The notes: a model not told the origin generated them from the sequence alone. Positions 43,836 through 55,730 are shown, counted from the first letter of the whole stretch. The stretch is DNA of 63,180 bases, filler included, from a bacterium (GCA_046331705.1; 3 parts of 3 records of this genome joined end to end with filler, not necessarily neighbours in it); one strand, 5' to 3'. Numbers and translations are program-made.

Positions 43836-43998
43836 CGCGTGCACGCTCGCACCGGTGAGCGATCGAGCGCGCGCCTCGACCGAGACCGTCGCCCGGACGG
43901 CGCCCCGGAACCCGCGCTGCGCGTCGGTGCTCGCCGACGGCATCTGGATGCATGTATTCGCAGATTGACGGACGAGAGCCGCTGTTGTCGAATGAGCC

Positions 43999-44691
43999 AT
44001 GGAACCACGAGCTGAGGCCGGATCGGGCCGGACCTACGGCGGCCTGTGCTCGTCGGAACGCAAGGATCGTCGCCGCGAGGCGTTCATCGCGGCGGGCCTC
44101 CAGGTCTTCGGATCGTCGGGCTTCCGCTCGGCGACGGTTCGTGGTCTGTGCCAGGAGGCGGGGCTCGCCACCCGCTACTTCTACGAATCGTTCGTCGACA
44201 TGGAGGCGCTCCTCGCGGCGGTCTTCGAGACCTGCGTGGCGGACTTCCGTCGCCGCGTCGCGGCGACCTTCGAGGCGCCCGAGATCACCACGGACCCCGA
44301 CGCGATGATTCAGGCCGGCCTCGAGTGCTTCTTCGGCTGGGCGGAGGATGCTCGCGTCGCCCGGGTGTGCTGGCGAGAAGTCGTCGGTGTGAGCCGCGCG
44401 CTCGACACGCTCTCGAGGAAGAGCCTGCAGAGCTTCGCGCCGACGCTCCTCGAGCTGACGCGCGCGGTGTACCCGGACTGGAAGGTCGACGACGCCGAGG
44501 CGCAGGTGGTCGCCGTCGCGGCCACCGGTGCCCTCTCGCAGGCGGCGCTCCGCTGGCATCAGGACAAGCGCCGCCTGCCGCGCGCCACGATGGTTGCCGC
44601 GACGGCGCGAATCCTGCGCGGGATTCGGCTCACCATCGAGGCGGACCTCGCGGCGTCGCGCGACGCGAAGCGATCGACCACGCGCCGCTGA
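43999..44691 (+). CDS. TetR/AcrR-family transcriptional regulator
   Basis: RTYGG...RRE and TVRGLCQEAGLATRYFYESF HTH. Confidence 0.92.
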   Translation: MEPRAEAGSGRTYGGLCSSERKDRRREAFIAAGLQVFGSSGFRSATVRGLCQEAGLATRYFYESFVDMEALLAAVFETCVADFRRRVAATFEAPEITTDPDAMIQAGLECFFGWAEDARVARVCWREVVGVSRALDTLSRKSLQSFAPTLLELTRAVYPDWKVDDAEAQVVAVAATGALSQAALRWHQDKRRLPRATMVAATARILRGIRLTIEADLAASRDAKRSTTRR

Positions 44692-44895
44692 GACCCGCCA
44701 TGCCCGGGGGCGAAGACGGAGCGGGGCGGTGGAGCGACGACCCGGCCGCTGGGCTCCTCCTCGACCGGCTGTCACCGTCGCTCGGGGAGCGGCGGCCGCT
44801 ACACGCCTTCGGCAACGGGCAAGCCACGACCGTCGCCTCTCCCGCGCGCGTGCGAGCCTCGTTGTCGACCACGCGACCCCGGCGGTGAGGGCGTG

Positions 44896-47289
44896 ATGAG
44901 ACGTTGGATTCCCACCCTCGCCGTCGCGCTGCTGCTGGGATGTGGCGGCGACGACAGCGGCGGGGCCACGGCGCTCCTCCTCGCGGGCGACGGGGTCGTG
45001 GTCCGTCTGGGCGGTAGCCCGCCCGTCCTCACGATCTCGCGGGCCGACGGCGAGGTCGTTCTCGAAGAGCTGCCCGCCGCCGATCCCTCCGCGATCTACG
45101 GACCAGCCGGGATCCAGGACGGCGAGGTCACCCGGCCGACGACCTTATCGTCCTGGTTCTTCCCCGAGGTCGCCGTGGGACCGGTACGCCGGCCGGTCGC
45201 GATCCGCTCCGTCGAGAAATCCGATGGCCGCGTCCAGGCGATCCTGACTCTCCCCGACGCGGACAGCGGACCCGACCGCGAGATCCGGTTCACGGCCGAG
45301 GCGGTGGGCGAGGGGGCGGTCCGGATTCGCTACGAGCCGGTGGTCGCGGACGGCGAGCGGCTCACCGATCTCCGTCTCTTTGCCTCCCAGAGCTTTCGCT
45401 GCGGCGCCGACGAGCGCTTCTACGGCCTCGGCCATCGGCCGGACTCCCCCGAGCACCGGGGCCACACCCGCTACAACTGGACCGAGGAGGGAGGCATCGG
45501 CCTCGGGCCGGTCGCGCCGCTCGGACCCCACAACCCGCTGCCCAACGGCCCCTCGACCACGTACTTCCCGATTCCTTACTACCTGTCGAGCGAGGGCTAC
45601 GCACTCCAGCTCGACTCGACGGCGCGGTCGCTGTTCGAGCTCTGCTCGGAACGCGAGGACGCGATCCGGCTCGAGACCTGGGAGCCGGCGATCGGGATCA
45701 CCGTGATCGTCGGCGAGCGGGGACCCGACGGCATCGTCGACCCTCTCGAAGTCCTGGAGCGGGCGTCCGCGGTCCTCGGCCGACCCAAGCCACCGCCTCG
45801 CTGGATCTTCGCCCCCTGGAACGATGCCATTCAGGGATCCGCGGAGGTCCGCCGGGTCGCCGCAGTCCTGCGCAACAACGAGATCCCCTCGAGCGTGATC
45901 TGGTCGGAGGACTGGGCCGGGTCGGCTCCCACCGACACCGGAATCACCCTCGTGCCCGACGGCTGGATCGACCGCGCCGTCTATCCCGACGTGGAAGTCC
46001 TGGCGGACCAGCTCCACGACCAGGGCTTCCGCTTCCTCTCCTACTATTACCCCTACCTGATCGAGGGGACCGAAGATCACGACACGGCCCGGCGCGAGGG
46101 CTACCTACTCCGCGACGCGAACGGGGAAGAGCTCCGTTTCTTTTGCGTTCGCGACATCGTCGGCCAGCCGGACCTCAGCTATCCGCGGGCCCGGGAATGG
46201 ATGAAGGATCGTCTCCGCCGATCCCTGGCCCTCGGCTTCGACGGGTGGATGGCCGATTTCGGGGAGTACACCCCGTTCAGCGCGCTCGCGAGCGACGGCA
46301 CTCCGGGCTCGCTCCTTCACAACCAGTTCCCGGTCCAGTGGCAGGAGCTCAACCGGGAGGTCCTCGAGGAGGAACGACCCGATGGCGACTGGGTCTTCTT
46401 CTCCCGCTCAGGCTTCAGCGGCGCCCGCCGAACCCAGAGCGCGGTCTGGGGAGGCGACCAGAACACGAGCTTCGAGCCGCGGGACGGGCTCCCCTCCGCG
46501 ATCGCCGTGGGTCTCGGACTCGGGATCTCGGGGATCCCCTTCTACGGCCACGACATCGCCGGGTACATCTCGTTCACGACCGAGCCCTCCGATCGCGAGC
46601 TGTTCCTGCGCTGGGCAGCCGCGGGTGCGGTGAGCCCGGTCATGCGCACCCACCACGGCCTCAGCTCCGACCTCAACTGGTCCTTCGACCGCGACGAGGT
46701 GACCCTCCAAGCCTACAAGCGGCTCGCCCGGCTCCACATGGACCTGAGCCCTTACCTCGAGATGCTCGCCGTGGACGCGGTCGAGCGCGGCCTTCCCATC
46801 ATGCGGCATCTCTTCCTCCACTACCCCGAGGACCGGACCGCTCGGCAGATCCACGACCAGTTCCTGCTGGGGCCCGACCTGCTGGCCGCGCCGGTGATCG
46901 AGCGCGGAGCCAGCGGCCGGAGCGTCTACCTCCCCGAGGGGCGGTGGCGGGACTGGTTCGATCCCTCCGTCGTCCACCAGGGGCCGACCACGATCGAGGT
47001 CGGCGTGCCCCTCGGGGACGTGCCCCTCTATGTCCGCGACGGCGCCGTCATCCCCACCCTCGATCCCCGCGTCGAGACTCTTGTCCCGACGACCGATCCC
47101 GAGGTGATCGGACCCGAGGGCGCTCGCTACCTGGAGCTCCGCGCCTTCGGCACCCCGGCTCAGACCACGCTGCGGGTCCCGCACGCGGGAACCTTCCGCG
47201 TCGTTCCCGCGCCCAGCGGCGCGCGGATCGAGGAGCTCGAGCGATCGGCGGAGGCACCGCCCGAGATCCGCGTTCGCGTCGTGCCCTGA
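44896..47289 (+). CDS. GH31 glycoside hydrolase (YihQ-like), lipoprotein
   Basis: GWMADFGEY nucleophile, WGGDQ acid/base, MRTH; lipobox LLGC. Confidence 0.92.
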   Translation: MRRWIPTLAVALLLGCGGDDSGGATALLLAGDGVVVRLGGSPPVLTISRADGEVVLEELPAADPSAIYGPAGIQDGEVTRPTTLSSWFFPEVAVGPVRRPVAIRSVEKSDGRVQAILTLPDADSGPDREIRFTAEAVGEGAVRIRYEPVVADGERLTDLRLFASQSFRCGADERFYGLGHRPDSPEHRGHTRYNWTEEGGIGLGPVAPLGPHNPLPNGPSTTYFPIPYYLSSEGYALQLDSTARSLFELCSEREDAIRLETWEPAIGITVIVGERGPDGIVDPLEVLERASAVLGRPKPPPRWIFAPWNDAIQGSAEVRRVAAVLRNNEIPSSVIWSEDWAGSAPTDTGITLVPDGWIDRAVYPDVEVLADQLHDQGFRFLSYYYPYLIEGTEDHDTARREGYLLRDANGEELRFFCVRDIVGQPDLSYPRAREWMKDRLRRSLALGFDGWMADFGEYTPFSALASDGTPGSLLHNQFPVQWQELNREVLEEERPDGDWVFFSRSGFSGARRTQSAVWGGDQNTSFEPRDGLPSAIAVGLGLGISGIPFYGHDIAGYISFTTEPSDRELFLRWAAAGAVSPVMRTHHGLSSDLNWSFDRDEVTLQAYKRLARLHMDLSPYLEMLAVDAVERGLPIMRHLFLHYPEDRTARQIHDQFLLGPDLLAAPVIERGASGRSVYLPEGRWRDWFDPSVVHQGPTTIEVGVPLGDVPLYVRDGAVIPTLDPRVETLVPTTDPEVIGPEGARYLELRAFGTPAQTTLRVPHAGTFRVVPAPSGARIEELERSAEAPPEIRVRVVP

Positions 47290-47785
47290 TCCAGCCGTGC
47301 GTCTTCGCCCGAGTCGACTCGGGTGTAGCTCGCTCGTGCGGCGCGCACGCTCCTCGGTGGTGCCGGGTGGGTGCTCACGCCGCGAGGTCGACGATCCAGA
47401 GATCGCGCGCAGCGGCGACGATGCGGCCGCAGGTGATGCGTCATTGTGGAATCCAGTTCCGCGAGGGTCACGGCCAACCGCGACAACGCCCGCAACTCGC
47501 GGAGAATCAGCCGATCGCGACCTCGGGCGTCGCGAACCGGCGGAGCAGTCCCCGCGAGATCTTGGTCGAGCCCGGGAAGCCATCGATCGGAACGCCGCTC
47601 GGCCAGGGCGCAGGGAGCAGCAGGATCGAGGCCCGGATGAGGACGCTGCGGTCCACGTCGAGTCGCCCGCAAGGCCATAGCGCACGTCGCATCGTTCCAC
47701 GGCGGCGTGAGGCGGATGACTGGCTTCGGGGCCGTCGTGAGAGAATCCCAGCCGCAAGGGGCTCGTCCCCCGGCGTCGAGCTAGC

Positions 47786-48955
47786 GTGAAGAACCCGTTC
47801 CGAGCGTCCCTTCTCAAGGACCTCCGGAGGGGCGTTCACGGTGCACGCCTTGCGCTTCCGGCAGCGATGAAGGCAGATGCCGACGATCGCTACGACGCCG
47901 GCCCGATTCCCGACCATGACCACGAAGTCTGGTGGTGGTTCCTGTTTCGGGTTGGCTTACGCCTCGATCTCACGGCGCAGCGCGAGCAGCAGCTCCGCCG
48001 GGCTGCTCATGACTTCGCGAAGGGTATGTTCGAGCAGACGTCGCGTCACCACGATCCTGCGGCGCCGCTGAGGAGCACGGATCCCGACTGGTCGCCGCTG
48101 ATCGACCTCGAACGCATCGAGGTGAAGGGTGCTCCCGCACTGCGTCTCATCCACCGGATGATCTATCAGCCGGGGCGGGAGACGATCATGGGACACCTCC
48201 TCGTCCCGTTGCGCACCGGCCTGCTCGAGGCCAGGGTCCTGACGGTCGACACGTTCACCGGCACCCGCGAGTCGGTGCTCATGGCCGCGCACGTCAAGGA
48301 CATGTCTCAGGAGGAGCGGGCGCAGTTCGATCGGGCGCTGGAGGATGGATCCGTCCGGTTTCTCGATCAGAGCCAGATCGACGCTCGCGAGGCGGATGCA
48401 CAGTTCCCGCAGCATTGCCTGAGCCGGGCTCGTGTCGCCCTGCGATGGCTGGAGGAAGCCTCCGGTCTCGAGATTGACGAACCCTGGAGCCAGCCGGACG
48501 GGCCGCGGGAGATCGAGCTGACTGATCTCGGATCCACCTTTGTCCCGCCACCTGGCTTCGTCCACGACTCGCGCGGGCACTTCGTGCGAGTGTCGTTCTG
48601 CGCGACCGACGGGCACGAGCATCTCCTAGTCGGGGCGCAGCAGCCGCTTGCGACCGAGTGGCTGAGGGAGTGGGCGATCGCGAAAGCTCGCTGGATTCTC
48701 CAGGCTGGTAAGTTCACCGACGTTCGCCTCGAAGCGCGAGACGATCTGGGCACCGGGGAACCGGTGCGCATCGTCGCCGACTGCACGGGGTTCCGGGGTC
48801 CCGCGCGAAGCGCCTTCCTGTTCTTTCGCGACACCGCCGGACGAGCGGTCTACCTCTGGCTCTCGACCAGCCCGGTGCGGTCAGGCGAAGGGCTTCTCGA
48901 GGAGTTGCAGGCCTGCGCTCGCTCATGGCGTGCGAGCGTAGCGAAGCCGCATTGA
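47786..48955 (+). CDS. hypothetical protein
   Basis: 389-aa ORF with plausible codon usage; no family recognised. Confidence 0.65.
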   Translation: MKNPFRASLLKDLRRGVHGARLALPAAMKADADDRYDAGPIPDHDHEVWWWFLFRVGLRLDLTAQREQQLRRAAHDFAKGMFEQTSRHHDPAAPLRSTDPDWSPLIDLERIEVKGAPALRLIHRMIYQPGRETIMGHLLVPLRTGLLEARVLTVDTFTGTRESVLMAAHVKDMSQEERAQFDRALEDGSVRFLDQSQIDAREADAQFPQHCLSRARVALRWLEEASGLEIDEPWSQPDGPREIELTDLGSTFVPPPGFVHDSRGHFVRVSFCATDGHEHLLVGAQQPLATEWLREWAIAKARWILQAGKFTDVRLEARDDLGTGEPVRIVADCTGFRGPARSAFLFFRDTAGRAVYLWLSTSPVRSGEGLLEELQACARSWRASVAKPH

Positions 48956-49174
48956 TGATTGTGAGGGATCCGAGACCCGTACCTCGGACGTGTCGATCGC
49001 GCGCCGAGCACGGCGACGCGTACCCACGAGCGGGACACGACGAAGACCGGCGTCCCCCGAGAGGTACCAGTTCATCCTGCGCTCGTGAAGATTCTCGCCG
49101 AGTGAGAGAAGACGGGCTTCACTTCACGGGTGGGAAGATCGCCCCGACCCGATGATCCGATCGCCCCCGGGAAA

Positions 49175-49738
49175 ATGGTCCTTGAACCGGCCGAATTTGC
49201 GCGGGTGCTCCCGAGGGCAGAGGAAGAGGTCGCGCGGATCGACGCCGATGTTCCCGAGACGGTCCGGCTGAAGGCCGCGGTGCTCGATGCCGAGGAAAGC
49301 CGCCTCGCCAACTTCCTGGACTTCGTGGGCGAGGGGCGGGGGAGCAACGCGCTGGCTGCCGGGCTGATCGAGACCGAGAGCGGCGGGTCGAGGTACTGCG
49401 GGCCGAGGTGGATCCGCTCCGGTCGGCGCGCGATCGGCTGTTCACCGCGCCTCCCGCCGAGCGGAGTGCCGTTCGACTCAGGGGCCTGCAGGCACCGCTC
49501 GAGCGTCAGACCGAAGAGTCAGCCAAGGCGCTCCGACGACGGCTCGGTCCGGTCCGGCTGGATCCGGTGGTTCCCGATCGTGGGCCGGCCGTGTCACCGA
49601 GCGTTGACGGCCATCGACGCGCTGGCGCTGCTCGAGGCTCCGGATCCCAGCGATCGGAATCCGGGTGGATCTGGATCAGGCGGTACCGGCGGCACCCGCC
49701 ACGCCGGTACGAATTCTTTGCGTTGGTGTCGCCAATGA
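49175..49738 (+). pseudogene. large serine recombinase, C-terminal remnant (two frameshifts)
   Basis: RLANFLDFVGEGRGS..., ...LERQTEESAKALRRRLGPVRLDP..., ...IDALALLE...GTNSLRW; recognised from memory of this family's tails, not searched. Confidence 0.7.
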
Positions 49739-49810
49739 CTCCTCGTTTGAACCGGATTTTGCCGTGGATACACGACCTTTCACGGCTTCGCGATGAGGTT
49801 CCGTGGCCGT
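49724..49810 (+). repeat. att-like repeat 1 with micro-ORF
   Basis: TGGTGTCGCCAATGACTCCTCGTTTGAACCGGATTTTGCCGTGGATACACGA. Confidence 0.85.
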
Positions 49811-49861
49811 GTGATCGCCGGGCAGTGCGCGCCCGGCGGGACCGGCGCTCTCCCCGGCGTC

Positions 49862-50182
49862 TTACTGCACTTGGCCGAGTCGCTCGATCCAGTAGAGCGG
49901 GCGCCGCTTGAGATGGACCACGGCGACGACGAGGATCGACTCATCCCGTTCGGCGTAGATCACGCCGTACGGAAAGTCCGCGCAGCGCGCACGCCGAATG
50001 GCCAGTTCGGTCGTGGTGTGGGTGATAACTGGGAACGCGAGGGGACGCTCCGGGATCCGGCTGAGGACGTGCTGGAGGTCGTCGATGAATCGCGCGGCCG
50101 CGGCCGGAGACCGCTCCGCGTACCAGTCGACGATCTCACCGATCTCGGCCTCGGCCTCAGCGAAGAGTTCGACGGGCTTCAA
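49862..50182 (-). CDS. RelE/ParE-family toxin
   Basis: AEAEIGEIVDWY...FPYGVIY...VVAVVHLKRRPLYW. Confidence 0.9.
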   Translation of the reverse strand: MKPVELFAEAEAEIGEIVDWYAERSPAAAARFIDDLQHVLSRIPERPLAFPVITHTTTELAIRRARCADFPYGVIYAERDESILVVAVVHLKRRPLYWIERLGQVQ

Positions 50183-50415
50183 CGGCCGAGGCGCTGCAGC
50201 AGCCGGTCACGTGCCTGCGCCCAGGAGACCGTCGCAGCCTCTCCGCGCTCGACCGCCTCGACCCGGCGCCGTAGCTCGGCAGCCAGTTCCTCATCGCTGA
50301 GGTGGCCATGTGGATCCGGCGCCTCGACGCTGTCGAGCAGTCGCAGCGCGAGCCTCGTGCGCTCCTGGAGGTCGAGGGCGAGGGCGTCGTTCGTGATCTG
50401 CCGCGCGTCGGCCAT
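50179..50415 (-). CDS. putative addiction-module antitoxin
   Basis: ALALDLQERTRLALRLLDS...ELRRRVEAVERGEA; 4-bp overlap with the toxin. Confidence 0.88.
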   Translation of the reverse strand: MADARQITNDALALDLQERTRLALRLLDSVEAPDPHGHLSDEELAAELRRRVEAVERGEAATVSWAQARDRLLQRLGR

Positions 50416-50460
50416 ATCAGGATGGTACGCGATCGGCGCTTGGCGAGCCAACGTCGATCG

Positions 50461-50549
50461 TGGTGTCCCCCATGATCTAGATTTTGGACACCCTAGCGTA
50501 ACTGGAGGAGATGGATGGAGTACGAACCGCGATCGTCGCGGCTGGGTAG
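50461..50549 (+). repeat. att-like repeat 2 (degenerate)
   Basis: TGGTGTCCCCCATGA core; decayed frame VSPMI*ILDTLA*LEEMDGVRTAIVAAG*. Confidence 0.55.
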
Positions 50550-50575
50550 CGGCTTCGCGTGGTAGGCTCGATCGC

Positions 50576-50785
50576 ATGGAATTCAGGGTCGAAATCGAGC
50601 GAGAAGAGGACGGGCGCTGGATCGCCGAGGTTGGCGACCTTCCGGGCGTGCTGGCGTACGGCGATACACGCGATCGAGCGCTCGCTGCAGCGGAAGCCCT
50701 CGCGCTGCGCGTGATCGCTGATCGACTCGAACACGGCGAGACCGCGCCCGAGCCGGTCGTCGTTTCGTTCGTCGCTGCCGCTTGA
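50576..50785 (+). CDS. hicB: HicB-family antitoxin
   Basis: IEREEDGRWIAEVGDLPGVLAYGDT. Confidence 0.92.
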   Translation: MEFRVEIEREEDGRWIAEVGDLPGVLAYGDTRDRALAAAEALALRVIADRLEHGETAPEPVVVSFVAAA

Positions 50786-50789
50786 ACGA

Positions 50790-51005
50790 ATGGGCGCCTG
50801 GCCCACGACGAAGGCACGCCGCGTCCTCGCAGCCCTGCTCCGAATCGGTTGGTCCGTGAAGCGGGAGTCGGGCGGCTCGCATCGCGTCTTGGCGCGACCT
50901 GGCTGGCCGGACGTCGTGTGGGCATTCCACGACGCGACCGAGATCGGTCCGAAGATGCTCGCCCGGATCGCGAAGAGCGCGGGGCTCACGCCCGATGATC
51001 TGTGA
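50790..51005 (+). CDS. hicA: HicA-family toxin
   Basis: LLRIGWSVKRESGGSHRVL...EIGPKMLARIAKSAGL. Confidence 0.92.
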   Translation: MGAWPTTKARRVLAALLRIGWSVKRESGGSHRVLARPGWPDVVWAFHDATEIGPKMLARIAKSAGLTPDDL

Positions 51006-51039
51006 GCCCGGTGCGCATTTCCGCCAGATCTGGCGGAAT

Positions 51040-52635
<1,596 letters not shown>

Positions 52636-52820
52636 GGCAGCAGGCCTCGATGGTGATGCCGGCGTGGACCGGCAGGAGCCGGTCCCTCAGGGGTCCATGG
52701 TTCCAGGGTAGCAAGGGGAACCACGTCGGAACCGCGTCCCCGCCGCACTTGTGCGGGGCGGTCCCTAGCGGTGAGAATTCAGGGCCGTGTTTCGGTGGAA
52801 TCGCCGATGAGGTGACGACG

Positions 52821-55706
52821 ATGAAGATGACTTGGCGTGCGTGGCCGATCGTGCTCGTGGTCCTTCCGGTCGCTGCGTTTGCGGTCGAGCTGCCGTGGCC
52901 GACGGTCGAGTACAAGGCCGAGTTCCAGTCCCACGTCGAGATTCCGGTGGTCGAGGGGCAGGCGGCCGGCGACACCAAGGGTTCGATCCACGCGACGCCT
53001 TCGGTCCGGCGCGCCGACGGTCTCGTGCCGAGCGCCGGTGTCTTCGTGCTTTTCGACGATCGGACCGGGACCACGACGGTCGTCGATCCAGCGACGAAGA
53101 GCTACACCCGCTCGACGCGGCCTCAGCTGAAGCACGCGCTCTACCTCTCGGGTGGCATGGAGGAGCCGGGGGACGCGGTATGGGTCGGCCCGGAGACGGT
53201 GGGCGGCGTCGAGACCCGCAAGTATCGGATCTTGAAGAGCTCGATGGGGATCGACGTCGAGACGCTGGTGTGGCTCACGGCTGACCACATTCCGGTGCGC
53301 ACCGAGCGCCGCATGATGTCGAAGCTCTTGGGCACCTTCCAGCTGACGAAGGTCGAGCGTGGACCAGTCGACCCGGCGCTCCTGCAGATCCCCGCGGACT
53401 ACACGCGGAAAGGCGCGCCTCTCGACGATCCGTCGCTCCACGACGCACCCGTGGCCAAGCTCATCCAGATGCTGGGGAGTGAAAGCGAGGCCGAGCGGAG
53501 TCGTGCGCTCGGCACGCTGGAAGGTCGCGGCCGGAGCGTCGTGCCGGAGCTGCTGCAGGCGGCGTCGCACGATCCGTCGGCACTCGTGCGGCAGAACGCG
53601 CTTTCGCTGGTCGACGTGCAGGGCGCCGACGTGTCGATGGTCGATCCGCTGATCGCGATCGTCGAGAAGGACAAGGAGAACAAGGTCGTCGATGCGGCGG
53701 TCAAGATCCTGGCCGAGCTCGGGCCCGAAGCGAAGAAGGCGGCCCCCGCGCTCGAAGCGCTGCTCCAGCCCTACGGGGGCGAGCAGCTCTTCATGGCGCA
53801 ACCGAAGAACCTCGATCCGCACGTCGCGGGGATTCTCGCTGCGCTCCGGCTCGTCGCGCCCGAGAAGGGAGCGCGCGTCCAGAAGCTGGTGACGATGCGT
53901 GCCGCGACCATGGGCGGTGCGCCGGCGCCGATGGTCGTGGGCGGCCTCACCGACCCGGATCCCGAGGTGCAGAAGGCGGCCCTCGTGGGCCTCGGCAGTG
54001 GCGGCTACTGCGGATCGATCCGGAACTCGACCGACCTCGCCGACAAAGCGTGGCCGGCGGTCCTCGAGGGGCTCGACTCCGACGACGCACGCGTTCGCGC
54101 CGCGTCGGCCGTCCTCATCGACTGCTTCGGTACGCGCGGGCTGGCGACGCGGCCACGGCTGCGAGAGCTGCTCCACGACTCCGACCCCGAGGTGAAAGTG
54201 AACGCCGAGCTCACGCTCGAGAACATGGATCGGACGGCCGAGGGCGCCGCGGCCCTGGCGGCGGAACCGACACCCGCGCCGAGCGACCATGACAAGGAGA
54301 TCCTGGCCCAGATCGAATCCCTCGCGACCGCGCCGGCGAACGAGCGCTCGGCGATCTCGCAGCGCATCGACTTCGAGAACATGGACCAGGCCGAGAAGAG
54401 ACTCTTCTGGCCCGCGATCGCGAAGCTCCTCGACAGTCCGGATCAGTCGGTGCGCCACCACGCGCTCGAGATTCTCCAGAGCACTTTGCCCGACAGGGTG
54501 CCACCCCCGGCACCCGAGCTACCGCTTCAGATGCTGCGCCGGGAGCTTCACGACTCTTATGGGTATAGCCAGGTGAAGGCTTGCGAAATCCTCCGGCGCT
54601 TTCCGGACTCCGCCGACTCGTTGATTCCCGAGCTGGTCGCGGCGCTCCGCGATCCTTTCCGCGAGCTGCGTCTCGCCGCGGCGCGGACGCTCGAGCGCAT
54701 GCCGAAAGGCCTTCCGCTCGCGATCCCGGTTCTCGTCGAGGGTCTCGCTCCCGACTCCGGGAGGATGGATACCGCCTCGGAATCGCTGATCGCCTACAAG
54801 GCCAAGGCCGGCTCCGCGGTTCCGGCGGTGATCCGGCGCCTCGACGACCCGGATGAGGGCGCGCGTGAACGAGCGGTCAGGGTACTCGGTGGCATCGGCT
54901 GGCCGGCCGGGAGCGCCACGCCCGCACTCGTGGCTCGAATGAAGGATCCGTCGCTCAACGTGAGGCGCAAGGCTGTGATCGCGCTGGGCGACATCGGTCC
55001 AGCGGCGGCCGCCGCGGTGCCTGCACTCGGAAAGGAGATCACGGACCCGCACTCGAAGGTACGCCCCGAGGCGATCTCGGCACTCGGCAAGATCGGCCCC
55101 GAGGTTCCCGGCGTGCTCGATATCTTGAAACGAACGCTCGCGAGCAGCGAGCCCGGGACGCGCCGAGCGGCGGCCGACGCGCTCTTCACGATTGGTCGTG
55201 CGGCACTACCTGCGAAGGCGGCGCTCGAGAAGGCGACTTCCGATTCCGACGAGTGGGTCCGTTCCGCCTCGGCGCACGCTTTGAAGGAGATCGCGCCGCC
55301 GCCGCCCAAGCCGCTCGATCCGCGGATGGCGGCCGCGTACGCCGCGGCGGGTGCCCAGCGGATGGTGAACGTCGACTACAAGGCGCTGCAACGCGGTCTC
55401 GAATCGCCCAAGCCAGCCACGCGAGCCGAGTCCGTCCGCCAGATCGGCCGGATCGCGCCGCAACCGATGGAAATTCAGTACATGCTCAAGGACGACATCT
55501 TCCAGGACGAGGATCCGGCGGTTCGCAAGGCCGCGATCGAGGCGTTCAAGTTGCCGCCCGGAGGCTCGCTGCGCGAGGAGGTCGTCGCGATCTTCCGCCG
55601 CTTCGCCGCCGAGGACCCGAGCTCCGAAGTGCGCGAAGCGGCATCGAAGGCCCTCGAACGCGCCCACGCCGGGCCGAGCGGTGGTGAGGCGACGCTCCTG
55701 AAGTGA
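52821..55706 (+). CDS. secreted HEAT-repeat protein with N-terminal DUF4412-like domain
   Basis: GAGGTG RBS, signal peptide, GPETVGGVETRKY...DPALLQIPADY, many HEAT repeats. Confidence 0.85.
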   Translation: MKMTWRAWPIVLVVLPVAAFAVELPWPTVEYKAEFQSHVEIPVVEGQAAGDTKGSIHATPSVRRADGLVPSAGVFVLFDDRTGTTTVVDPATKSYTRSTRPQLKHALYLSGGMEEPGDAVWVGPETVGGVETRKYRILKSSMGIDVETLVWLTADHIPVRTERRMMSKLLGTFQLTKVERGPVDPALLQIPADYTRKGAPLDDPSLHDAPVAKLIQMLGSESEAERSRALGTLEGRGRSVVPELLQAASHDPSALVRQNALSLVDVQGADVSMVDPLIAIVEKDKENKVVDAAVKILAELGPEAKKAAPALEALLQPYGGEQLFMAQPKNLDPHVAGILAALRLVAPEKGARVQKLVTMRAATMGGAPAPMVVGGLTDPDPEVQKAALVGLGSGGYCGSIRNSTDLADKAWPAVLEGLDSDDARVRAASAVLIDCFGTRGLATRPRLRELLHDSDPEVKVNAELTLENMDRTAEGAAALAAEPTPAPSDHDKEILAQIESLATAPANERSAISQRIDFENMDQAEKRLFWPAIAKLLDSPDQSVRHHALEILQSTLPDRVPPPAPELPLQMLRRELHDSYGYSQVKACEILRRFPDSADSLIPELVAALRDPFRELRLAAARTLERMPKGLPLAIPVLVEGLAPDSGRMDTASESLIAYKAKAGSAVPAVIRRLDDPDEGARERAVRVLGGIGWPAGSATPALVARMKDPSLNVRRKAVIALGDIGPAAAAAVPALGKEITDPHSKVRPEAISALGKIGPEVPGVLDILKRTLASSEPGTRRAAADALFTIGRAALPAKAALEKATSDSDEWVRSASAHALKEIAPPPPKPLDPRMAAAYAAAGAQRMVNVDYKALQRGLESPKPATRAESVRQIGRIAPQPMEIQYMLKDDIFQDEDPAVRKAAIEAFKLPPGGSLREEVVAIFRRFAAEDPSSEVREAASKALERAHAGPSGGEATLLK

Positions 55707-55730
55707 CGGGCGCAAAGCGGAGATGAATGG

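Noticed and set aside
47297-47780. Short ORFs between GH31 and the 47786 gene
   Set aside because: No frame with convincing codon bias or motif; possibly debris.
49049-49064. GGCGTCCCCCGAGAGG as a seventh att core
   Set aside because: Short, lacks the leading T and the tail; plausible by chance at this GC content.
55707-55725. GGGCGCAAAGC resembling a c-di-GMP-I riboswitch
   Set aside because: The remaining conserved stems and tetraloop/receptor are absent.
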